The notes under the pieces are model-generated. The model worked only from the letters and a program-made list of their open reading frames with translations, made no database searches and was not told the origin of the DNA. Shown piece by piece: positions 8,790 to 16,723 of a stretch of 32,000 nucleotides of DNA. This stretch comes from an uncultured archaeon. GTDB taxonomy: Archaea; Asgardarchaeota; Lokiarchaeia; Sigyniarchaeales; Promethearchaeaceae. The stretch spans positions 5,301 to 37,300 of the forward strand of contig CAYRPF010000024.1 in assembly GCA_964426185.1 (NCBI GenBank), in the 5' to 3' direction. The position numbers were made by a program, and so were the translations under genes. Every line of letters starts with the position of its first letter. Positions within the stretch are counted from its first letter, which is position 1.

Positions 8790-9353
8790 TTACCCCTTAT
8801 CCAAAGCTTGTTCAACCAATATATCTATTATTGCATTAAATGCATCATGAACATGCTTGCCCGTCTTCGCAGATGTCATATACATACCCAAAAATTTCCG
8901 CTTCTTCACGATTTCCTTTATTGCTGAGTCATCATATTTCTCCTCATCTATCAAATCCGACTTGTTCGCAAAAACAACCATCGGCAACTCCCCGCAGTAA
9001 TTTTGAAAATCATCCACCCAATCATTTATGGCATGCATTGTCTCTTCCCGAGTTAAATCATATACAACGATACAAGCCTTAGCGCCATTGTAAAAGGTAG
9101 GACGCATGAATTTGAATTGATCTTGACCAGCAATGTCCCATAAGAAGAGTCTTGCTCTTACTTTTTCACCATTTGGTCGATTTACAATAGTTTCATATCG
9201 GCTGAACTGAGCGCCGAGAGTCTTAATGTAGTCTTTATTAAACGAGCCTTGAGTAAACCGCTTGATAAGTGATGTTTTTCCTGCGGCCCCTGAGCCGATT
9301 ACACACAATTTAAAAATGAAATCGTTACTGAATTCTTCTTCGGAATTGCTCAT
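8790..9353 (-). CDS. Rab-like small GTPase, 187 aa
   Basis: FIFKLCVIGSGAAGKTS, effector loop YIKTLGAQF, LWDIAGQDQF, TFYNGA, NKSD, TSAKTG. The start was moved to ATG 9353 (MSNSEEEF) because the upstream 46 codons of the ORF track look non-coding. Confidence 0.92.
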   Translation of the reverse strand: MSNSEEEFSNDFIFKLCVIGSGAAGKTSLIKRFTQGSFNKDYIKTLGAQFSRYETIVNRPNGEKVRARLFLWDIAGQDQFKFMRPTFYNGAKACIVVYDLTREETMHAINDWVDDFQNYCGELPMVVFANKSDLIDEEKYDDSAIKEIVKKRKFLGMYMTSAKTGKHVHDAFNAIIDILVEQALDKG

Positions 9354-9684
9354 AATAGTCACAAAATCTGTTCTAAAATAAGGTTGGTTGCGCACCCTTA
9401 AAAAAGATTCGGAAATGGAATTCGGTGCAGAATTGATTTTTATTAGGCGAAAAGGAAGGTATTTGCAATGCAAAAGAGAGTGCATTTCCAAATATTAAAA
9501 AAGTGGGAAAAGTTCTGAAATAGTTGAAAATATTCGAAATATCGCCTTCCTTAGGATAAAAAAAGCATTTAAAAATTACTACTGTAATATAATTAATAAC
9601 AGCTTCCGTTGTATAATGTTCCTTATTTCGAACTCAGCTTGAACCAATAAAAAATACTCTATTAAAATAAAAGAGGCATTCCGT

Positions 9685-10158
9685 ATGGCATATCCGTTGA
9701 TTCTATATTTTTCTTCACCATTTTGCGCCCCTTGTAAAAATGTCGAGCGGATGCTAAATGAGATAAACGTTAGTCTGTTCGGTAACAAATTGCGCATTAA
9801 GAAGATTAATATTGCTTCAGATATATCATTGGCTCAAAAATTCAATGTAATATCAGTTCCAACAATAATCATCGGTAACATTCGGATGTCGGTGATTATA
9901 GATAAAAACGAGCTTACTGATGCAATATTACAAGGTTTTATCTCATCCGTTTCATTTGAGGAAGAAGAAATGGGATTCGATCGTGATGAAAAATTAAAAA
10001 CCAAAAATATTGAACACGTAAAAACCGAAAATTGTGGAAATGTAAAAACCGAAAGTATGGAAGAAATTGGGGTTAAAAGTGAGGAAAATAAATTAAAAAC
10101 CGAAGATAATGCTATTAATTCTTTAAACTTGCAAGCTAAAGAGGAGCCTAATTATTGA
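9685..10158 (+). CDS. Thioredoxin-fold protein (CxxC) with a repetitive charged tail
   Basis: YFSSPFCAPC, KINI, LAQKFNVISVPTIIIG cis-Pro motif. The last ~65 aa are low complexity. Confidence 0.88.
   Translation: MAYPLILYFSSPFCAPCKNVERMLNEINVSLFGNKLRIKKINIASDISLAQKFNVISVPTIIIGNIRMSVIIDKNELTDAILQGFISSVSFEEEEMGFDRDEKLKTKNIEHVKTENCGNVKTESMEEIGVKSEENKLKTEDNAINSLNLQAKEEPNY
9995..10107 (+). repeat. In-frame 24-bp (8-aa) degenerate repeat, xKTE(N/S), in the thioredoxin tail
   Basis: TAAAAACCAAAAAT at 9995, TAAAAACCGAAAAT at 10019, TAAAAACCGAAAGT at 10043, and a further copy TAAAAACCGAAGAT at 10094. Confidence 0.8.
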
Positions 10159-10243
10159 TACTCAAAATTAATCATAAAATTAATCAAAAAAATAATCGAA
10201 AAAAATCACAAAAAAAATAATGTGAAATAATTGAGGGAAAAAA

Positions 10244-10720
10244 ATGAATCGAATATTATTGGAAGAAATGTTGCAGAAAATGAAAAAAGATTTAATTCAA
10301 GGCAAAGAGATAGGAAATTTAAAAATCGGGGCTTTATACGCTTTGGGTAATCAGCTTGATGCAATTTACTATTTCATGGGGCATGAATTAAGCGGAGTAT
10401 TAGAAGTGGAAGAAACCATTAGCAGCCCTATCGTGCCTGCATTAGAACAAATTTCTAATCAGTATAATTTAGGCAAATTCATCTTGGTGGAAGAAGATAG
10501 AGAGCACATTACTTTTGATTTGGATCGATGTAATTCGTGTAAAGATCTTACTATTTCTAAGGTGAAAATGCCACAAGGTTTTTGTTCTTTTGAAGCGGGG
10601 TTGTATGCAGGTCTGGTAGAAAAAATGACAGGAAAACATTGTTTCGCACAAGAATTGGAATGCCGGTTGCAAGGAACGGTGGATTACTGTAGATTTATGA
10701 TAGTCATTCCACAAGAATAA
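10244..10720 (+). CDS. Stand-alone V4R (4-vinyl reductase) domain protein
   Basis: CNSC...FCSFEAGLYAGLVEKMTG...QELECRLQGTVDYCRFMI is the V4R C...E..C...G...C.F pattern. GAGGG lies upstream. Confidence 0.88.
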   Translation: MNRILLEEMLQKMKKDLIQGKEIGNLKIGALYALGNQLDAIYYFMGHELSGVLEVEETISSPIVPALEQISNQYNLGKFILVEEDREHITFDLDRCNSCKDLTISKVKMPQGFCSFEAGLYAGLVEKMTGKHCFAQELECRLQGTVDYCRFMIVIPQE

Positions 10721-10813
10721 TCATTAGTAAAAAGTGTATCAACCGAAATCTTTTTTTATTCAAATTACCTTAAGGTAGAACATGAACATATTCAACTAAT
10801 CACTAATACGTTC

Positions 10814-11086
10814 ATGGAGAAAATTAAAATGAGCACTCAAGATAAAGTTGTAGCTTTTATATTGTTGGTGACGGATTCAGTTGCCACGCAGCAAATATTT
10901 CATGATGTTAAGAAGATGGATAAAGTTAAAGAAGCCCATATGATATATGGAGATTATGATTTGATAATTAAAGTGGAATTGAACAATTTGCAAGAGATGA
11001 CTGCATTTATGATGCAATTACGTAAAGATTTTGCCGTTAAAAAGTCATCTACTCTGATTACCCTATCTGAAGGAAATAGTTCATAA
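10814..11086 (+). CDS. Stand-alone Lrp/AsnC ligand-binding (RAM) domain protein
   Basis: VAFILL...VKEAHMIYGDYDLIIKVE...SSTLI, with no HTH. The start may be ATG 10829. Confidence 0.88.
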   Translation: MEKIKMSTQDKVVAFILLVTDSVATQQIFHDVKKMDKVKEAHMIYGDYDLIIKVELNNLQEMTAFMMQLRKDFAVKKSSTLITLSEGNSS

Positions 11087-11160
11087 AAAATTAATTAATT
11101 TTAAAATTAATTTTCATTTTTTAACTCATAATTTATTAAGGATGCAGAAAAAATTCAACT

Positions 11161-11820
11161 ATGATTCCATCTATATTAATCATTAACGGCTCTCCCCGCA
11201 AAAAAGGTCTCACCATGTCTCTTGTTTCAGTTTTTCAAAAGAAAATTGAAGCGTTAAACTCAGACCCAGAGAAAAATCTAAGGTCAAAAATTTCAACCGA
11301 AGTTTTACATTTAGTAGATTATAATGTAGTTCATTGCTCGGCTTGCGATAAATGCTTACGAAAACCTTATGAGTGCCCTCTTGATAAAAATGATGATTTT
11401 AGATTGATTGCTGCGAAAATGAAGCAAGCAACTGCCATTATCATAGCCACTCCGACCTATTTTTCAAATGTTTCTGGATTTGTTAAGGATTTGATTGATA
11501 GATCCCGACCCCTTAAAATGGCTAAATATAAATTAAAAAATAAGTTATTTTCAGCAATCGTTACCTCGGGTTTAGTGGCAGGGGGTTTGAATGTCGTTCA
11601 AAATTCCTTGATACAATATGCTCTAATTCAAGGTATGGTTGTAGTCGGTGCATTGGGACATCCTGTATTGATGAGTAATTTTCCTACAGAAACCAGCCAA
11701 AAACTCGAATTAACCGAATTTCGGAAACCTAATGAATTATCAGGAGTAGCAACAGCGAATTGTGAAGCATTAGCCGAGAGAATGTGGGATTTACTTCAGC
11801 ATGGATTAAAATTTCAATAA
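11161..11820 (+). CDS. Flavodoxin-family iron-sulfur flavoprotein / NADPH-dependent FMN reductase
   Basis: INGSPRKKG.T, CSACDKC...C...DD and ATPTYFSNVSGFVKDLIDR. Confidence 0.9.
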   Translation: MIPSILIINGSPRKKGLTMSLVSVFQKKIEALNSDPEKNLRSKISTEVLHLVDYNVVHCSACDKCLRKPYECPLDKNDDFRLIAAKMKQATAIIIATPTYFSNVSGFVKDLIDRSRPLKMAKYKLKNKLFSAIVTSGLVAGGLNVVQNSLIQYALIQGMVVVGALGHPVLMSNFPTETSQKLELTEFRKPNELSGVATANCEALAERMWDLLQHGLKFQ

Positions 11821-11867
11821 TAGAAGTTCTTCAAAAATGAAATGCTTCATAAAACGAAGTTAAAAAA

Positions 11868-11885
11868 ATGAAGTTATAACTTCAT
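11868..11885. repeat. Perfect 18-bp palindrome ATGAAGTTATAACTTCAT overlapping the stop codon of the minus-strand gene
   Basis: The sequence equals its own reverse complement and lies at the junction of convergent genes. Confidence 0.85.
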
Positions 11886-12962
11886 AATATAACCTTTCAT
11901 TACAAATTCATCCAAAATATCTGGAACCCTGCTATAGTCAAACTTTAAAAGCTGTTCAGCTGCAATTTTACGTAATTCATCAATTAAGTGCTTTAGAGTA
12001 ATGGTTTTTTCTTTTCTTAAGGTTCTTAAAGTGTGTTTCTCTAAGATATCTGGAAGCATTTCCGCTTGTCGGATATGAGTGTCATCATTATACATAAAGA
12101 GCGTTTTATCATCCAATTTCAAAACGATTTCCGCTTCACCCTCTGGTTTTTCCAGCTTTTCAACACTTTCATTCCGATCTCTCATTAATTGAATCAATTC
12201 AGGCGTGAAATATTCAGCTTGTCGAGGATATTTTTTTCGGAGCACTTTTTGAATTTTCTCTGTTTTTTGGAGATTCTCTACCTTAATTTCCTCAGCAAAC
12301 TTGGAAAGATAATCAAAGAAATTCTTTGCATATACAATCTGCAATTTTGGTGGTGTTTTTTTAATCATATCGAAGAGAAATTCTAGAGGTTCTGTGGTTA
12401 TTGAACTAAATGGCTTCTGAACAACCAACTTATAGGCTACATTATAAATTGTATATTTCTTCAATTTTTCTTTGTGTTCGTCATTATATTCAAGAAATTT
12501 ATCTGCATGAAATATTTTTGCATTCCGTGCCACATCAGGAAATATTTTGGCTAAATAAGTGAAAAGAACGCAAAAACGTTCGGAATCAGTCTCATTTTCA
12601 ATTAGGAGAAAGGGACTTCGGATAAAACCACCAAATAATAATACCCGTAAATCATCTTCACTGATAAATTTCATGATATTAGAATAGGTGATATTAAATT
12701 CGTCTGCACGGCGGAGAATATCGTTTTTTAGATTTTCAACTTTCTTTTCTTCATCCATTAATGAAAATTCTAATACTAAATAATCACGTACATCAAAATT
12801 CTTATCCACATATGCGTAGAAAGCATCCTCACAAATCATTCCAGCAGGTATGAATACGCTTGTGGCACCAGTTTCTTTTTTCTGAATAACATCAACTGGA
12901 ACAGGAATTCTTCCTGATCTTCCACACACAGGACAAATTACGGTAATTTTTCGTTCGCTCAT
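11874..12962 (-). CDS. Hypothetical protein: N-terminal zinc-finger-like domain, possible DENN-core-like middle, winged-helix-like C-terminus
   Basis: CPVC...ICED.F...VDKNFDVRDY N-terminus, a pattern I associate with an expanded Lokiarchaeia family. C-terminal ITLKHLIDEL...ILDEFVMKGYI resembles a winged helix. The ATG start is at 12962; the ORF track starts at GTG 12974. Confidence 0.6.
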   Translation of the reverse strand: MSERKITVICPVCGRSGRIPVPVDVIQKKETGATSVFIPAGMICEDAFYAYVDKNFDVRDYLVLEFSLMDEEKKVENLKNDILRRADEFNITYSNIMKFISEDDLRVLLFGGFIRSPFLLIENETDSERFCVLFTYLAKIFPDVARNAKIFHADKFLEYNDEHKEKLKKYTIYNVAYKLVVQKPFSSITTEPLEFLFDMIKKTPPKLQIVYAKNFFDYLSKFAEEIKVENLQKTEKIQKVLRKKYPRQAEYFTPELIQLMRDRNESVEKLEKPEGEAEIVLKLDDKTLFMYNDDTHIRQAEMLPDILEKHTLRTLRKEKTITLKHLIDELRKIAAEQLLKFDYSRVPDILDEFVMKGYIMKL

Positions 12963-13051
12963 AGGCACCCACACTTTTTCAATTGGCGTTTAGATCGTTC
13001 TTACTATACTATTATACGCTTAGCGGTTATAAAATTTCGTTTTAGGAACTC

Positions 13052-14452
13052 TCATAAATTAGAAAAACGTGAATTATAATTATTGAGAGAACGACTGATT
13101 TTGGGAATTGCTTCTGTATATGAAGTTAAAACACCAATAAAAGGTTGTTCGGTAATAGACTTCAACAATGGTTGCAAAATTGAAAATATTTCATGACGAC
13201 ACTCCAAATTCCCTTCAGCCAAAAGTGAAATATAATAATCATTAATACGGGAAAAAATAATAAAACGATATTGTTGAAATCCTAAACGAACAGAAATCCA
13301 ATCCGGCATCATCAGTGTGTTTGCAAGAGTATTAGCTGCAATAGCTTCTACTTTGGCAGTAATAATTGCTTCTTGTAGTTCCATACGATCTTCAAAATCT
13401 TTTGAATCTTCTTCTGATCTTGGGGGAAGATCTTCAAATTCCAGAGTGGTGGTAATTAATTTTGATATAATGCCAATCGATTGATAACTCAAACCAAAAT
13501 AATCGACCCGCATTTCTTGTGAAAGCATTTTCAAAGGTTTAGGAGTGAAGACATCATTTAATTCTATCATAGTTTCTAATAAATACTTAATTTTTTTCTG
13601 GAATTTTTGAGAAATTTCGTATTTTGCGATTTTATTAAATTCATCCAGTGGCTTATTTCTAAAATAATCTTTCACTGAAATATTGATTTGTTGAAGCAGC
13701 CATTGAGCCTTTTTTTCGGGGATTTTCCCATAAATGATCAAAATTAATTCGTTTTCTTCTGCAAAATAACAGATTTCTTGTTCATCGCTTGTAGGAGATT
13801 TGAGAAGCATTCTATCCAAATTTCCACTTAAAATTGAAGTGGCTATGTATTCCAAATTAATAGCTAAATCTAAAAGATAGGTAAATGTATCATTCAAACT
13901 GAAAATTTCTTCTCTATTTTTTGAAATAATTCCGATATATTTAATATATTCATCTGCATTGCCAAGCTGAATTTTTTCTTGTTCAACTTGCAATCGGGTT
14001 ACTTTTGTTGAAATTTTTACTCTCGCAATAGAAGAATCGATTTGTGAGGTTTTAACTTGAAAATTTTTCACTATAGCAGGAGTGAGCTTTTTTACAGAAG
14101 TAGAAGCAATCGAACTTGCAACAATATCCGGATTTTTTTGAATTCTGAGAGATTTTAAGAACGATATTCGAGCGGATGAAACCTCCGAAGAAGATTTCTT
14201 TTTAGATGAAGTTAATTTTATAGGAGGAGCAAAGTTTTTAGAAGGAGTAAAATTTCCAGAAGGAATTTTAGATTTTTGATTGGATGATTTATTTTCTTTG
14301 ATGGTTGAATTATGGAGAAAAAGAGATGGAGGAGCAGGTTTTTGTGATAAACTTAGTTTTTTATTGCAAAATGGGCAAATTCTAACATTTTTATTGGGGA
14401 GAGTTTTTCCACAATAGGGGCAATCTTTTTTGGAATCTGGTAAATGAAACAC
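13052..14452 (-). CDS. Zinc-ribbon + low-complexity linker + two tandem longin-like domains
   Basis: CPYCG...CPFC, then an S/K/P-rich linker (aa ~30-160), then two units (aa ~168-295 and ~314-458) with a beta-beta-alpha-beta-beta-beta-alpha-alpha hydrophobic pattern. GAAGGAG lies upstream of the GTG start. Confidence 0.6.
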   Translation of the reverse strand: MFHLPDSKKDCPYCGKTLPNKNVRICPFCNKKLSLSQKPAPPSLFLHNSTIKENKSSNQKSKIPSGNFTPSKNFAPPIKLTSSKKKSSSEVSSARISFLKSLRIQKNPDIVASSIASTSVKKLTPAIVKNFQVKTSQIDSSIARVKISTKVTRLQVEQEKIQLGNADEYIKYIGIISKNREEIFSLNDTFTYLLDLAINLEYIATSILSGNLDRMLLKSPTSDEQEICYFAEENELILIIYGKIPEKKAQWLLQQINISVKDYFRNKPLDEFNKIAKYEISQKFQKKIKYLLETMIELNDVFTPKPLKMLSQEMRVDYFGLSYQSIGIISKLITTTLEFEDLPPRSEEDSKDFEDRMELQEAIITAKVEAIAANTLANTLMMPDWISVRLGFQQYRFIIFSRINDYYISLLAEGNLECRHEIFSILQPLLKSITEQPFIGVLTSYTEAIPKISRSLNNYNSRFSNL

Positions 14453-14532
14453 GACGTTTACTCCTTCTTCGCTATGATTAATAATTTCGTTGGAGATATA
14501 AAAATGTTAACCTTATGCTCTCTTCATTATGA

Positions 14533-15519
14533 TTAATAATTTCGTTGGAGAGAAATTTGGGTTAGTAATTGCAAACGCTTTTTCCCATCGTGAGATGGAA
14601 GATGTTCAAGATTATTTAAGGCATTTTGGATGAAAATATTCGCCATGTCTCGAGCTTTTTCAATTGCCCCACTGGACTGGATTAATGAAATACCTCTCTC
14701 TATTTGTTTTTCTGTCAAGTTATTATTGACTAAAAGTCCTTCTAATTCATTTTTTTCAGACGAATTTAGTAAGGAAAGAGCCGCCAGTATGACATAACTT
14801 TTTTTACCCTGACGCAAATCGCTCCCAATCGGTTTCCCAAATTTTTCATCTCCAATAATACCCAAAATATCATCAACAATTTGAAAACCGATCCCAAAAT
14901 TCATACCAAATTGACTCAAAGCATTACAGATGTCCGGGTTGGCACCTGCCACAATCGCCCCTGTCCGAGCACTTAAAGCAAGCAAATCACCTGTTTTTCG
15001 GGAAACCATATCTAAATATTCATCCACGCTGACATCATTCCGTTTTTCAAATTGAAGATCCATTGCTTGTCCTTCACATATTCGGATCAAGGTTGCAGAA
15101 AAATCTGAAATAATTTTAATTTTTAGGGATGAATTTAAGGATGATCGCGTGATAATCAAAAACACTAATGATTGCAGGGAATCTCCTGCCAAAATGGCAA
15201 TATTTTCTCCCCATTTTGTATGAACAGTAGGAAATCCTCGACGGAATTCATCTTTATCCATAATATCATCATGAATTAATGTAAAAGTATGCAAAATCTC
15301 AACAGCTGAAGCAATTGGAATGATTAAAGAATTCTCATCATTAAATATTGAAAAAACAGTGGTCATAATATATGGTCTAATTCTTTTACCACCAGCATTA
15401 AAAAGATGCCGACTTGCCTCAGAAAGTTTAGTATTGCTAAATTTTACATGGATTTGGATGTAATTATTAACCATTTCAACAATTTTAGCAATATCATTTT
15501 GTAAATCAGTATTTGTCAT
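14533..15519 (-). CDS. idsA: Geranylgeranyl diphosphate synthase (short-chain polyprenyl synthase)
   Basis: GGKRIRP, FTLIHDDIMDKDEFRRG (first aspartate-rich motif with archaeal-type F at -5), GQAMD, KTG, FQIVDDILG and GSDLRQGKKS. Confidence 0.93.
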   Translation of the reverse strand: MTNTDLQNDIAKIVEMVNNYIQIHVKFSNTKLSEASRHLFNAGGKRIRPYIMTTVFSIFNDENSLIIPIASAVEILHTFTLIHDDIMDKDEFRRGFPTVHTKWGENIAILAGDSLQSLVFLIITRSSLNSSLKIKIISDFSATLIRICEGQAMDLQFEKRNDVSVDEYLDMVSRKTGDLLALSARTGAIVAGANPDICNALSQFGMNFGIGFQIVDDILGIIGDEKFGKPIGSDLRQGKKSYVILAALSLLNSSEKNELEGLLVNNNLTEKQIERGISLIQSSGAIEKARDMANIFIQNALNNLEHLPSHDGKKRLQLLTQISLQRNY

Positions 15520-15531
15520 TTAATTATCTCC

Positions 15532-16629
15532 TTAAATATTTTTTATTTGAATTTTACGCTGTACTATCCAATCACTTAGTGGAGGAAGATAAACTTTCGG
15601 AATACCCGCCAAATCAGAGAGTTTCTGGACACCAGTAAGCATCATGAAAATTTTCAATTCGGAATTCAGCTGTTCACCTAACTCTTCAAGAGCTGATGAA
15701 CCCTTATTAGCCGCTTTTAGAAATGGTAAAGCCAAACCGCAGAGATCTGCACCTAAGCTTATTGATATCCCTATATCTCTACCAGAACGAATACCGCCAC
15801 TCGCAATTAATAATCCGGTCTTCGGTAAAACAGATCTAACTTCTAAAATACTTGCTGCAGTCGGAATTCCCCATGAACTGAAAGTATTGCCTATTTTTGT
15901 AGCCATTTTAGAATCACGATCTTGATTGCGCCTAGCTTCAATACGAGTAAAATTCGTACCTCCAAACCCTGCAATGTTAAAACAATCAAATCCTTGTTTT
16001 ATCAGCCTTTCCGCAAATTCTCGGGACATTCCCACTCCCACTTCCTTAAAAATTATGGGAATTTGTAAATAATCACTTAATTGTGAAATTTTAGCAAGTC
16101 CATCTTTGAAATTTAATGGTTCTTGTTGTTGAATTAATTCTTGTAAAACATTTAAATGAACACATAATCCATCGGCTTCTATTACATCCAGAATTTCAGA
16201 AATTGGAGTAAATGATTCCATTTGTAAGATCTGAGAAATCCCTATATTTCCTAAAACTATTCCGTCAGGATTTGATTTTCGAACGATGCGAAAACTTTCA
16301 AGGTGGCTATCCGGTTTTAACATGATTCTTTGGCTACCTACACAAATAGGTAACGATTTTTGAGCTGCAAATTCCGCTAAATTTTTATTTATTGTATAGG
16401 AAGTTGAAGTACCGCCTGTGAGTGCATCAATTAAAATTGGCGCAGATATAGTTTTCCCTAAAAATGATGTTTGTAGATCGATATCGGAAAAATTTAACTG
16501 TGGAAAAGGTTCATGCACTACATTAACTCGATCCAACCAAATATCGCCAGAGGAATAACCGTCATTTTCAATTGCAAGTCTAATGTGTTCTTCTTTTCTT
16601 TGATATATCGTTGGATCTTCGTTAACCAT
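15532..16629 (-). CDS. fni: Type 2 isopentenyl-diphosphate delta-isomerase
   Basis: RKEEHI, ALTGG, VGSQR, HLNVLQE, KEVG.G, GGTNF, WGIPT, SGGIRSG. It lies 12 bp from idsA, the standard archaeal pair. Confidence 0.95.
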   Translation of the reverse strand: MVNEDPTIYQRKEEHIRLAIENDGYSSGDIWLDRVNVVHEPFPQLNFSDIDLQTSFLGKTISAPILIDALTGGTSTSYTINKNLAEFAAQKSLPICVGSQRIMLKPDSHLESFRIVRKSNPDGIVLGNIGISQILQMESFTPISEILDVIEADGLCVHLNVLQELIQQQEPLNFKDGLAKISQLSDYLQIPIIFKEVGVGMSREFAERLIKQGFDCFNIAGFGGTNFTRIEARRNQDRDSKMATKIGNTFSSWGIPTAASILEVRSVLPKTGLLIASGGIRSGRDIGISISLGADLCGLALPFLKAANKGSSALEELGEQLNSELKIFMMLTGVQKLSDLAGIPKVYLPPLSDWIVQRKIQIKNI

Positions 16630-16723
16630 ATTCTAAAATGAGATTGCTTCTAATTATAATCTTTTGGTTGCTAAATTATTGAAAAAAAGGGAGAAATATT
16701 CATGAAAATAGATAAAAATTAAT

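Noticed and set aside
9354-9491. 46-codon N-terminal extension of the Rab-like GTPase
   Set aside because: It begins at a TTG in intergenic-looking sequence, whereas ATG 9353 gives a normal Rab N-terminus.
11086-11120. AT-only palindromes (AAAATTAATTAATTTT)
   Set aside because: Low complexity and expected by chance at this base composition.
15644-15925. 93-aa ORF and the other 60-130-aa nested ORFs (e.g. 65-265, 8840-9082, 22137-22388, 25807-26094, 29446-29838)
   Set aside because: They overlap well-supported genes in antisense or alternative frames and show no protein-family signal.
14533-16629. fni-idsA as a prenyl donor for the nearby GTPases
   Set aside because: None of the four GTPases ends in a Cys prenylation motif, and the pair is fully explained by archaeal ether-lipid synthesis.
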